Below are positions 38,700 through 50,920 of a DNA stretch of 64,000 nt, piece by piece. Made by a program: the position numbers and the translations under genes. Source of the stretch: Octopus sinensis (taxonomy: Eukaryota); contig NC_042999.1 of assembly GCF_006345805.1 (NCBI RefSeq), positions 133,052,001-133,116,000 of the forward strand. Direction: 5' to 3'. The stretch's first letter is position 1. Every line of letters starts with the position of its first letter. The notes beneath the pieces were generated by a model that searched no databases, was not told the DNA's origin, and saw nothing but the letters and a program-made list of their open reading frames with translations.

Positions 38700-40646
38700 T
38701 ACATAATTTCCTTAAGATGTGCGCTGTGCCCAATAAGGCTTCTTTTTGCCAGACATCAATCTTACATGAGATTTCCAGTTGCCTAAAGAAGTTTTGAAGT
38801 TTCAATGGGATTGAGCCCAACGTTCCTGTTACCACTGGTATCAATTTTAAATTATCTTTTCGCATTCCATACAGTCTTGCCATTTCCACTTTCAATTCGG
38901 AGTACTTGGTGATTTTTTCAACCTCTTTACTCACAATATTCCTGTCATTTGGTATGGCTACATCAAAGATCTGACAGGATTTGTCTTTCTTACTCAATAT
39001 GGCAATATCCGGCCGACGGTGTTCGATTACATGATCCGTCTGAAAATCATAGTCCCAGAGTATCATTATTTATCCGTCCTCTTGCATAACTTTACTTGGT
39101 ACATGCGCATACCAGTTCTCTGTTACTTCATATCGGTATTTACGGCATAAGAGCCAATGAAGATACACACACAATTTATCGCGGCGGTGCTTGTATTCTT
39201 TTTGTGCAAGGCTGTCACATCCACTTACCGAGTGGGTCACATTTTCCACACCCTTTCCACAGAGTCTGCATTTCTGAGTGTCAGAAGTTTTATAGATGTT
39301 ATACTTCACTGAATTGGTAGCGAGAGCCTGGTCTTGTGCAGGAATGATCAGGCTTTCGGTGGTACGCTTTAAATCATCTCGCTCAAGCCATGACCATGAT
39401 GCTGTATTATCCTTAACGTCTTGTGTATTCCTTTCAAACTGTCCATGCATATTCATTTCAAGAAGGTCTTCTTTTCTTTTCTCTTCTCCTCAGCTCTTTG
39501 GTTAAACTCTTCCTTGCCCATCATTTCATCTGCATTTACACCCATATCTTTCGCGGCATATTGCAGCAGATCTTCATCACTATTTATCAAATACTCGGCA
39601 AGCGTTCTCCTTTCACTCCTTATACAATAGTCTATATTAATTAGTCCTCTACCATCATTCTTTCTTTTCATATAGTCTCTTTACGTTTGCTTTAGAGTGT
39701 AGCACCCCATGCAGCGTTATCCACTTTCTCGTTCTTCTATCTAGTGTTGATATTTCCTCCTTAGTCCATTTGAAGATGGGCGCACCATATCTGACAAACT
39801 GCAACTACCCAGATATTCATTGTGGTAATCACATTTTTGGCATTCCGGTTGGATTTCAACACCATCTTCACCCTTTTTTGATACGCCTCGCTGATCTTGA
39901 CTTTCATTTCTCTGTGTAGAATGTCATCCAGCTCCAAAATCCTTAAATATCTATACTCATTACCGTCAGGTTCACCCACGGTCTATCCTGATGGTAACCA
40001 CAATCCTCTGCGGGCTGCTTTCTTCCCTCTATTCATATTAAGTACTGAGCATTTAGTAATCCTAAATTCCATACCGATGTTCCTACCACACTTCTGGACT
40101 GTTTTGGTTAAGGAAACTATCTGTTTTTCAGATTTCTCAAACAATTTCAGGTCACCCATAAACAGATGGTTCAATGATGGGCCTTTCTTCCCACATCGGT
40201 AACTCATCTTAACCTCCCTAAGTGTCATTGTTGTGGGTATTAGTGCAATTACGAATAGTAACGGAGAAAACGCGTCACCTAGGAAGATTCACCTTTTAAT
40301 ATTAACTTCTCTAAGGAATACATTACTTGAGTACAATTTGGTTTTCCACTCTTTCATACTATGCATTCGAAAATTTGTGATGTTGTCAGCAACACCAAAC
40401 ACCTGCAGGCATTCAACGATCCAAGAATAAGCCATCATTTCATATGCCTTCTTAAAGTCAATGCAAGTCATAGACATTTTTGTATGATGTCTTTTACAAT
40501 GCCTCAAAACTTTTATCGATGACCAGGTGATCATTGGTACTATAGGAACTCTTCCTACATCTTTTTTGTTCCCTTGACAGTATTTCTACCTGTGCTAGGA
40601 AAGTATGTCTTTGCCGTACATATTCCAGTGAGTATCTTCCAGATTA
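38698..40646 (-). mobile_element. R4/Dong-type RLE-LINE, 1.95-kb fragment (B): RT, zinc knuckle and RLE, pseudogenised
   Basis: IDFKKAY, GIFLGDAFSPLLF, NHLFMGDLKL (decayed YxDD), GRGL, MHGQF, AQDQAL, CRLCGK..E..HSVSGC, RRPDI...FDVAIP...EKITKY, LLGTAHILRK running straight into (AAT)n. Confidence 0.93.
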
Positions 40647-40660
40647 TGTTGTTGTTGTCG

Positions 40661-40709
<49 letters not shown>

Positions 40710-40737
40710 TATCATCATTATCATTATTATTATTATT

Positions 40738-41291
40738 GAGTGAGAGAGCAGTTCATGCCATCAAAGTGACACTGGGGTAAATTATACAAAGCCCAATATA
40801 CCCATCATGACTGCCCGTCTGATAAAGGTACACCAGGCACATGCATCACAACCATATGTGCGCGACATGGTGATCTCATATCAAGATAAAAAGCACATGA
40901 CCTTGCAGGTGGGGCCCAGTTAAAATTTTCTTCAGGTTGAGTAGCCCATCCCGCTCAAACGGTCCCTGAATAAGGGTTGTTTAAGGATGTTGAAAGAACC
41001 ACCTATGTTTCCAGAGGTGAACTATTCAAACCCCAAAGAATCCCTCTCAACACATGGCTATGATGCTCCCCCACTACTTCTGCTCGTGATCAGAGATGCA
41101 CATATCATCAGCCACTAAGGGACATGCTCAACTGGTTAAGGTCAAACAACTGACAAGCAAATCTGTGGTATTGAGCAGAATATTTGCTGTAGCCCATCTT
41201 TTATACCAAGACAAAACAATGTACATGATAACACTTCCAATCAGTTAAGATCAGAAGCCATGAGAGCCACTGCCTGGTACTGCATCAGGGC
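40738..41291. mobile_element. About 550-bp non-coding element flanked by (ATT)n (copy 2)
   Basis: See copy 1. Confidence 0.9.
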
Positions 41292-41363
<72 letters not shown>

Positions 41364-41366
41364 CAT

Positions 41367-42780
41367 TACTATATGTTTGGCCTTTGCTTTGTGTCTATAC
41401 AAGTTGACTCCAAGTCCCACCCAGAGGCCTCAAGAGACAACAATTTAGAAGTTCAAGCCGATGTTATGACTAGGGTGCCATAATTTTGGTTTTGCACAGA
41501 GTATTGGTCTAAAGGATGTCTGTCAAAACATAATTAAATTAGAAGTTTGTTTTAAAAGTTATTTGATTGTAAGATGATAGTCTGATGTTATGATGACAGT
41601 AAAAGGAATTTGATATTTATACATTTAAAAGTATTTTGACATTGTTTAGAGATTAAAATGTTTTGGGGATTACATAGACATATATTTCCTGGTATCTAAG
41701 ATAGATAGTAATCATCCCCTTTTACTATCATTTCCAGTGTACCTATGATAACAGGTATTGTTTTAGTTTTGAGGTTTCACATTTTGCCAATTTCTATTTC
41801 AAGATTTTTATAGTTGCTCGGTTTTTGATAGGTCTTGACAGATACATTTATGTCGATTGTGACAGTCATATCAATGAGGATTCATGATTTTGTATGAAAT
41901 CCTTCAATATAATGTCTGGACTATTTTCATCTATCTGTCATATTTAGCAGTAAAGTTCCAGAGAAGTGAGAGGTGATCCTTTTCAAGCACAGGAGGTGGT
42001 TTGTGCTTCCGCCAGTTTTTATCATGGTGCATGTCCAAGTCTTTGCAAATTACCCAGTGAATATACTATGACTGTTGAGATACTCTATAAGCGCAAGAAG
42101 GCTTCATATGGAGACAACATGATAGAAGGTTTCATTTTGTTGTTTACATGCACGATATGTTGGGCTACTACCTTTTCTTAAGGTTTTGGCCTGGTATGTT
42201 CTTGTAGGCAGGCACTGATCTTGGGTTGCTTTGATAAACCCTTCTGTTTCTGATTTTAATCCAGAAGACACTAACCATTGATGGATAAGGACTTGGTCGG
42301 CATCAGCATTAATAGCCCTGTTAAGGTATTTTGCCATTGAGAGGTTTTTCTCGCCATTTATCAGTAAGAATATCTAAGGCAGCAGTTTTGAGCAAGGGTT
42401 TCCATACGCTTAGCTTTTTCTGTGCTTGTTTCCAGTACGTCGAATTCTGAAAGTTGTTGTATTTGGAATTCACTTAGATATTTCTTTGCCTGTGTTGTTT
42501 CTGAGTATGAGTTTTTTTTTGTTCACAGGCTTTAAGACAAGTTTTAGTATCCGATCATCAGAATTTTTCAGGTGAGTGTTTAGACCAATTGTGGCAGTCT
42601 TCATTGTCAATTCCAGTTGTAAAAGTTCACGGCCACCCTCTTTTCCTGGCAGGTAACTTTTCTATAATATTAATTGTCGAACTCCAAAACTCTTGCATTT
42701 TGATCAACTGTTCATTTGTAGCATCCGTACAAGCCATACTCCAGTCTTTTTTATGACAGAACTACACCTGAGACTATCTA
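41367..42780 (-). mobile_element. R4/Dong-type RLE-LINE fragment (C) with 3' UTR
   Basis: YLPGKEGGRELLQLE, SGLKSETEGFIKATQDQCL, YIHWVICK, LLWNF, SPDIILKD, ILIDMTV, TIPVIIGTL; UTR ends at the (AAT)n tract 41296-41366. Confidence 0.85.
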
Positions 42781-43929
42781 GAACGGGGGGGGGGGGGCAG
42801 GGAAATTTTTATGCCAAAATATATTTATTTATACTGATATTACCCCATTAATTCGAAAGGAAGAAAAGCATGATTGTTTGGAATCAAAAGGTTTATTATA
42901 TCTATTTATATGGCGAATACAATTATAGATATAAAGAGCTTAAAACTAATGCGACAAAATAAATTAATATCCTCGTTGTGAGACAAAAGGATTTTTCTAG
43001 AAACTTTTCCACTTCAGGTTTAGGAGAAATTAAGTTGTTTCATTTTTGTTACAATTACATCAAAATTGTAGTATTTGGATACAGTCTTCGGGGTCCTATC
43101 AATTTTGTTAAATCTACTTAAACAATATAAAAACACGTATGTCAAAGAATACGGTTAAGACTGGTAATAGACAACTGACAAATAATATGTTTAGTCACTT
43201 GACAACGCCTTAGCAACCAAATTGTTTGTAGTTGAAAATGGCGTAACGTCTCCTAAACACGTCCATTACAGATACAGTGTTGCCAGAAAAAAATTCCTAT
43301 CGTAACAAGGAACACGTTTTTTTATATAATTTTACGTGTGTTTAATGAGTCCTTATTACCTCTAAGAATTTCTTTTTCCCCACTTGGGATAATTTACCCT
43401 GGTTCACCGACCCTTACTCTAGATCAAAGATTGAAATACAGATTTCTTTCAAAAGTTGCACAGTATCAGCTTCCTGTTTCACACGTGTTCTCAATAATCT
43501 GCAAAACTGACAGATGCCTCTTACGAACATACATACATGCATACATATATAATCAAATATACATTTAATTATATATTTAAGCATATAAAAGCATACCGAT
43601 TATATATACATATATATATGTGTGTGTGAATATATATATATATATAAGTATGTATGTATATGTATGTTAAATGATAATGGGGATTTGTGGAGAAGCCACA
43701 AGTGATAAAACTTCAGTTTTTATAATTAATTACTTATGACAAACTGCATTTAAAAGGGGATAATTGAATCAAATATGTATTTCTCTATATCAGTTAATAA
43801 ATAATGAAATATAATGCAATTATGCTTTGTACTTTGTATCTAAAATAGAATCCTTTTACATTTTATTTTTCAGTTTTGTCATTCACTTCCGTAAACATTT
43901 ATTGAATATAAAAATTGATTTCAAATTTT

Positions 43930-44118
43930 GGCACAAGACCAGAAATTTTAGGTGAGGGGAGAGTCGATAAGTTCGACTCCAGAATTCAATTTTATCGACC
44001 CCGAGAGGATGGAAAGTAAAGTGGACCCCGGCTGAATTTGAACTTAGAACATCAAGATAAAATACCGCTAATCATTTTTCCTGGCGTGTTAACGACTCTG
44101 CCAGTTCGTCACCTTAAA
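43930..44118 (-). mobile_element. SINE family 2
   Basis: ggcacaagaccagaaatttt...tttatcgaccccgagaggatgg...ggcgtgttaacgactctgccagttcg. Confidence 0.75.
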
Positions 44119-45204
44119 TATCTTTCTAATATTACAACTTATTACATGAGATTTATGCGCATTTCCTCAGACAAATATTCAAAAGTAATACTTCAAAAGT
44201 ATGTTGTAATATCACAAAAATCATTTATACTTATATTCATATTCATATTTATATTCGTAAAAAGCATGTACGAAGTGGTATTGAAACGCACGCAACTAAA
44301 GAAATAAATATTATAGCAATGGTTCCGCTCTTGGATTTAATGTATTATATTCTGTGACTAATTTAGTAGCTCAATAGTTCCTTTTTCTTTGAGGTAAACT
44401 GTTTACTTATATACACTCTGTAAGCCGATATTCGCAGGAGTGATGACTGAGGATGAAGCTCCGATTTATTAATCTTGTTTTATCATGCATGTATATGAGC
44501 ACGCGCGCGTGTGTGTGACTATACACGATTAATGCATGTCCAATTAAACTGTTTGTCTCAGTTCAGTATTCAGTGTAACTAAGCGGCTTGTCAAGGTTTT
44601 AACAAATTACGAATATGGTAGAAGTATCTAGCAACAAATTGCTTCTCATGCGCATGTCAGAGAGAAGGACAAACAAAGAAAGGGAAAGGGAGAGAGAGAG
44701 GGAGAGAGAGAAAGAGATAGACAGACATAGAGAAGTGACATGTTACCAATTATATCAGTAGGTATATAAATTAGTCGATTGAAACTATGTGTTATTAATT
44801 GTGAGTGTCTGCCAATGAACTCTTGTTCAGACAACAGAAGTTCAATAAGTCGGAGAAAAAGAAAAAAAAAAGAATGAAAAATATTGTATACAAAACAGCG
44901 GGGAAAAAGCGTACTCGTTGCTAACAAATCTGTAACTTTAATTTTCCCGTCCTACCGCTCAAATATATTTCGAAGAATTCCGCTGTACATCAGCGATAGT
45001 AAAGCTAGGCTTTATACAACCATATGGACGTGTATGTTTATTCCCGCCATCAAATATACAAACGCACGCATGCACACTTACACAGACACAGACACATACA
45101 CATACATACATACATACATACATACATACATACACATACATACATACATACATACATACATACATACATACATACATACATACATACACAAATACATATG
45201 TATG

Positions 45205-45548
45205 AATTTTCTTTGAGCCTTATTTAAGTTCTTGAGTGAATTCAAGCCAGTCACTAACAAAGCTACAAGACTTTTGGGGTTAAGAGAGTTCCCGATGTTT
45301 GCAAATATGTGGCTGAGATGGTGTGTTGGTTGAGCAGTCAACACATCCACTTAAGTGTTCGTATATATTCACATAAGTATTTACATAAGTATCTCAGATG
45401 GAGAAATTTTGGAATGCTTTACAAATCTTCACTGTGCCTCTAACAGATTGGATTTGGAGAATTCGCGGCAGTCTCTTTTGCTCTTTCACCGTGAAACCGA
45501 GTATTGCTAATATTTTGTGCAAATTTGGTGCATAACCTAATGAACCTA
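45205..45548 (-). mobile_element. RLE-LINE extreme 3' fragment (D), in (CATA)n context
   Basis: LGSLGY...RILQIQSVRGTVKICKAFQNF*; begins right after (CATA)n on the minus strand. Confidence 0.7.
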
Positions 45549-45749
45549 ACATGTATGTATGTATGTATGTATGTATGTATGTCATTATTCAGATTTATTT
45601 CAGGATTTCTTGCAAATAGAGAAAGAATCGGGTTTCTAACCTAGATCCAAGGAATTTCAACAACATTGACAAAGTATTTATGTATGTATGATGTATGTAT
45701 GTGTGTATGTATGTACGTATGTATGCGTGTATGTGTGTATACATGCAGA

Positions 45750-46713
45750 TTTGTATGTTTCATTTCATGTATGTAATCTCATGCATATAGCTGCTTGTTT
45801 AGACATGCTCATATATACTTAAATGAGAAACTTCTTGCATATCTAGACATGCTCATATATATTTATATGATAAACTTCTGAAAAGTTTTACAGAATTTTG
45901 CAGTTCCAGTGATGGATTGGATCTGTAGTCTTCGAATTAGCTTTCTCCTTTTTGGTTTTGAGAAGGCTAATTTCTCAATATTGGTATTTAGGCGGTGTGC
46001 TTCATATCCCAGGGCTCCAATACTTACAGGTATAAACCTGAACTTGTAATCTGGATACAGTAACTGCAGATTTCTCAATAGATCAGCATAGGTGTTCTCT
46101 TTTTCACTGATCTTCACCTTTATGATAACATCCGTTGGGCAGCTAATTTCCACAACTACGCACAGTTTCTCTTCCTTATCCCAAATCATTATGTCAAGTT
46201 TGTTGTGCTTACATTTTATTGAGGTCTTCACTGGTACATTCCACCAGTATTCTTTTTCATTATGAGAGGCTATGGTTTCTACCCTATTGTGGGTTTTTAT
46301 TTCTGTGTCCTTGGGCTTTTCCTTCCGATTTCATTATAGTTGGTTGATATTTTCTGTTCCTGGATTGCAAACGCATACCCTTCAAAGTAGGAGGAGTAAT
46401 CCATGCATAGTCTTCTGCTCATATAGGCTCGTCCTTTCATCCAATGATACGTTGCGGTAGAGTCGTGCGACTTCTTTGGGCATGTATTCTAGGTTATCGG
46501 ACAAAGTGTGTTGCTCTAGGAGCTGCCTTCCGAGTCTTATGATGTTATCAGCCTTATCTATGCAAACTTGGTCAAGGGAGGCATATATACATAACTCGAA
46601 GCGACAAGTCGCGTATTTGGCGTGGGAGACTATTTATCGAATATACGATGAATACTATCTCCAACTTTGGAGCCACATCTATCAGCCTTGTTAAATAACT
46701 GGTTAATCTTCAG
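45750..46713 (-). mobile_element. RLE-LINE fragment (E), internally deleted, with (CATA)n-like tail
   Basis: YEQKTMHG, FEGYAFAIQEQ, YWWNVPVKT..KCKHNKLDIMIWD...VEISCP...EKENTY, FIPVSIGALG, LQIQSITGTAKFCK. Confidence 0.85.
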
Positions 46714-46954
46714 ATTAATTGACAGAGGGAGCCTTTTATTCATGATCGTAGTGATTTTCGACTGAAACTTGAATTTAGCGTGCATAGAGTTACTACAAAC
46801 AACATGGCTGGATACAACATCAACACCAACACAATCGAAGAACAGAACAAAAACAACAGCTCAACAGGTAAACAAATTCTTTTTAGCTGTAGTTATAGAA
46901 GAAACCGTAACTACAAAACTCATTTCTCTTGGAGTTAAGAATTGAATAATGATC
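46714..46954 (+). repeat. About 240-bp direct repeat, copy 1 (copy 2 at 47814-48051)
   Basis: Both copies start attaattgac.gagggagcc and end ...gaataa.gatc; high identity by eye. Confidence 0.9.
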
Positions 46955-46968
46955 TATTTATCTGTTAC

Positions 46969-46999
<31 letters not shown>

Positions 47000-47291
47000 T
47001 GTATGTATGTATGTATGTATGTATGTATGTATGTATGTATGTGTGTATGTGTGTATGTATGTATGTATGTATGTATGTATGTTGTATGTATGTATGTATG
47101 TGTGGTTTTACCACCTTATTGAATCGCTGTTTTTCTGAAAGAGATTTTACCGAGTGAAATACAAGCGTTTCATATGACTTCAGTTCTCCTCCACCAATGA
47201 AATATACTCTATATTATTTATTGAGTACTTTTCATGTTTTCATATCTCTCTCAAAATCTCTCTTGCTCCCTCTCTCTCTCCCTCTCTTTCC

Positions 47292-47339
<48 letters not shown>

Positions 47340-47518
47340 ATGCGTGTGTGTGCGTGTTTGTGCGTGTGTGTGGTACGCGCACGCGTGTGTATGTGTGCAT
47401 GTGAGTGCGCGTGAGTGTGTGTACGTATCGGTATTTATTGCTTTATTTCTTTATTTCCCTTCTACTTATGTTTCAACTATATCTCATTATTTTCATATGC
47501 CTTTCACACACATACACA

Positions 47519-47573
<55 letters not shown>

Positions 47574-47813
47574 GAAGGGTAAGTGAGTGAAAGAAATTTG
47601 ACTCTAATTAGATAGAATAATAATTCAGAAACGTATTTTGTAAAGCATTTATGAAAATTATATATTTTCCACACCCTCATTAATACTCCCTATCTGTACT
47701 TATAACCTTCTCACGTCGTATTCCTATTTAATAATATATCTTCTATATCAGCCTTTATATCTCTCACCATTCTTTTCTATTCCCTCTTTCATATTTTCTT
47801 AATAAATGGGGAT

Positions 47814-48051
47814 ATTAATTGACTGAGGGAGCCTTTTATTCATGATCGTAGTGATTTTCGACTGAAACTTGAATTTAGCGTGCGGAGAGTTGCTACAAAC
47901 AACATGGCTGAACACATCAACACCAACACAATCGAAGAACAGAACGAAAACAACAGCTCAACAGTTAAACAAATTCTTTCTAGCTGTAGTTATAGAAGAA
48001 ACCGTAACTACAAAACTTATTTCTATTGGAGTTAAGAACTGAATAAAGATC
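47814..48051 (+). repeat. About 240-bp direct repeat, copy 2
   Basis: See copy 1. Confidence 0.9.
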
Positions 48052-48064
48052 GATTCAATTCTTC

Positions 48065-48243
48065 TGGCAAAAACGTTAGCACTCCGTTAGTGGTATTTCG
48101 TCTGTCTTTACGTTCTGAACCGACTTTGCCTTTCATCCTTTCAGAGTCGATAGATTAAGTACCAGTTGCGTACTGCGGTCGATCTAATCGACTGGCTCCC
48201 TCCCCCAAAATTTCAGGCCTTGAGCCTAGGGTAGAAAAGGATA
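48065..48243 (+). mobile_element. SINE family 2
   Basis: ctggcaaaaacgttagcac...gactttgcctttcatcc...gggtagaaaagg. Confidence 0.8.
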
Positions 48244-48339
48244 TACTGGTCTCATCTCTCTTTTCCCAATAGCCAAATTCTTTATCTCCTCTCTCCCCTC
48301 TCCCTCCCTCCCTTTCTATCATAAACATACATACATATG

Positions 48340-48555
48340 TCTTTTGTCTTTTGCTTGTGTGTTCATTAGACTGCGGCCATGCTGGGGCGCCACCTTGAAG
48401 AAGTTTCCTCGAACTAGTCGACCCCAGTACGTATTTTTTAAAGCCTGGTACTTATTCTATCGGTGTCTTTTTCCGAAACGCTAGGTTATGAGGACTTAAA
48501 CAGACCCATACTAGGTGACAAGCGATGGTGACGGCAAACACAGGTACAAAGATAC
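48340..48555 (-). mobile_element. SINE family 1, 3' fragment
   Basis: gactgcggccatgctgggg...gcctggtacttattctatcgg. Confidence 0.75.
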
Positions 48556-49035
48556 ACACGCATACACAGTAATTTCCCTTTGTATAACAGTCATTTTTCA
48601 TAGTATTTTTCCGCTGTCCGGATAACTGAAGAGATGGCGGCGTGGATTTCCACCTCGGCATCCGAAACTCGGAGTTTTATCATGGCTACCGAATAATTGT
48701 CACATATTATATTTACAGATAAATTCCTCTATTTACATAATATCGAGGTCTCTTTCTTTCTTTCGTTGTCTTACCGTTTTTATCAATACGCAATGAGTCG
48801 AAACAGGGGTAGCTGAAGAAGGGGAATGTTCCCTCTGTTGTTTATCTTGTACTCTGTTTTTCGTTGTTAAAAGAAGTCCGTTTCCTTGTTTTGTTTCTAT
48901 GTTTTCGTTTCTCGTTGTGTTCTACGTTTATCTGTGGTGTCCTGTACTCATATATGCATGTATATATACATATAGATGTAGGTTTGTACATATATGTATG
49001 TATGTATGCATATTCTTTATTTATTAAATTCTTAT

Positions 49036-49064
<29 letters not shown>

Positions 49065-49068
<4 letters not shown>

Positions 49069-49285
49069 GGCGGTGCCCCAGCATGGCCACAACTCGTGAG
49101 CTGAAACTAGATAAAATAAAATATAAAGATAAAATATATACACACGACAATCTTCTTTCAGTTTCCGTTTTCCACATCCACTCACAAGGTTGGTCCGAGG
49201 CTATAGTAGAAGACGCTTGCCCAAGTTGTCATGCTGTGGGACTGAACCCGGAATCATGTGGTCGGGAAACAAACTTCTTACCACA
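49065..49285 (-). mobile_element. SINE family 1 fragments
   Basis: ctttcagtttccg...cgcttgcccaag...gggactgaacccgg...cttaccacac. Confidence 0.7.
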
Positions 49286-49683
49286 CACGTGCATATACAC
49301 ACACACACGCACGCACGCACATACTTGCATGCTTGCTTATCCGCTCATCTGTTCATCATTCTATTCATCTGATAAATCTAACAATTTCTTTTACAACTTC
49401 ATTGAAAATGCTGTTGTTTTTAATGAAATCGGAAACCCATTCCAAACGCATTGCGAAAATGAGAACCGTAAATGGAACCGGAAAAATATTCTTCGAGCGG
49501 TTTAATACCACTACCTGGCTCTCTGGTATCTTTAGAGGAATCCACGCTGTTACAACCATTCAAGCTGGGATTTAATCTATCGTCCTTTTGCTACAACACT
49601 AATTTACAGGCATGTAAAGAAATCAAAGGGTTGTCAAACGGGATGGGGGCGAGAAATTCAAACACACGCACACACACACGCAC

Positions 49684-49756
<73 letters not shown>

Positions 49757-49769
49757 GGGATTCTTGCAG

Positions 49770-49912
49770 TTCCGTTTTCCAAATCCCCTTACAAGGCTTT
49801 GGTCGATCCGAGGCTGCTGTAGAAGTCATTGGCCCAAGATGACATGCAGTGGAATTAAAGCTGGAACCACGTGATTTGGAAGCTAACGTCTAACCACTGA
49901 GCCACGCCTGTG
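49770..49912 (-). mobile_element. SINE family 1, diverged 5' fragment
   Basis: cagttccg...ggcccaag...taaccactgagccacgcctg. Confidence 0.6.
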
Positions 49913-49920
49913 ACTATCTT

Positions 49921-50090
49921 TTATACATTATTTACATTATTTACATTACTTACATTTGACGGATATTTCTCCTCATCTTGTTCGTTGTTAACACAACCTT
50001 TCGGCTGATATACCCTCCAGGCTTAAACAGGTGTCTTGGGGGAAATTTCGAACCTGGGTTCTCATTCCTAAGGTAATTTTCGATGTTGTT
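49921..50090 (-). ncRNA. Penelope-terminus-like repeat with degenerate hammerhead
   Basis: Minus strand acac-CTGTTTA-A-GCCTG-gagggtatat-CAGCC-GAAAG-GTT-gtgt (49990-50035), then an (AATGTAAAT)n tail; core mutated. Confidence 0.45.
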
Positions 50091-50121
50091 GTTATTATTA
50101 TTATTATTGCTGTTGTTGTTG

Positions 50122-50205
<84 letters not shown>

Positions 50206-50210
50206 TATTA

Positions 50211-50773
50211 TTCAGTAGTTTTATTTTTATAGCGTGCTTTCAATTCACTGCCGAGCGCAGCTCTGTGTGCCTTGCGTATGTGCTGTGATTTGTTGTGATG
50301 CTCTGATGGTTATTGTATGGAAAGTGTTTTGCGTAGGATGTGTGCAGTGCCTAGTAGTGCAATTTTCTGTATGTTATATGTGTTTGTAAGTCCTGGTGTT
50401 TTTGCTATGTATTTGTCTGAATATTTTTTTATCATGCCTAATGCACCTACTATGATAGGAATTGTTTCTGTTTTTAGATTCCACATTCTGGTTACCTCTA
50501 TTTCCAGGTCTTTGTATTTTGAGAGTTTCTCCATTTCTTTTAGAGACACGTTGTCATCTGCCGGTATTGATACATCAATTAGAAAGCATTTTTTTTTCAT
50601 GATCTCTGACAACTATATCTGGTCTGTTGGCCTTAATTTCTCTATCTGTGTGTATCGGCATATCCCAGAGTATGGTTGCTTTCTCGTTTTCTGTGACCTT
50701 TTCTGGTGTGTGCCTATACCATCTTTTTTCTGTTGTTATTCCATAATGTTGGCATAGCTTCCAATGTATGTAG

Positions 50774-50774
<1 letters not shown>
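50211..50774 (-). mobile_element. R4/Dong-type RLE-LINE, 5'-truncated insertion (F) with (AAT)n on both sides
   Basis: YIHWKLC...RPDIVV...CFLIDVSIPADDNVSLKEMEKLSKYKDL...IPIIVGALG...QKIALLGTAHILRK*, plus about 95-bp 3' UTR. Confidence 0.93.
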
Positions 50775-50842
<68 letters not shown>

Positions 50843-50844
50843 AT

Positions 50845-50920
50845 TCAGGTCACTGCTCGGAATTGAATTCGGTATTTTGGGGTCAGTAGCCCGCGCTCTT
50901 AACCACTACGCCATATGCCC
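50845..50920 (-). mobile_element. Short tRNA-derived SINE with (AAT)n tail (family 4)
   Basis: gggcatatggcgtagtggttaagagcgcggg...gaattcaattccgagcagtgacctgaat(aat)n; A and B boxes present. Confidence 0.65.

Noticed and set aside
48790-48830. gagtcGAAACaggggta-gCTGAAGA as a hammerhead
   Set aside because: Only partial halves, in the wrong order for one type I motif; pairings could not be completed.
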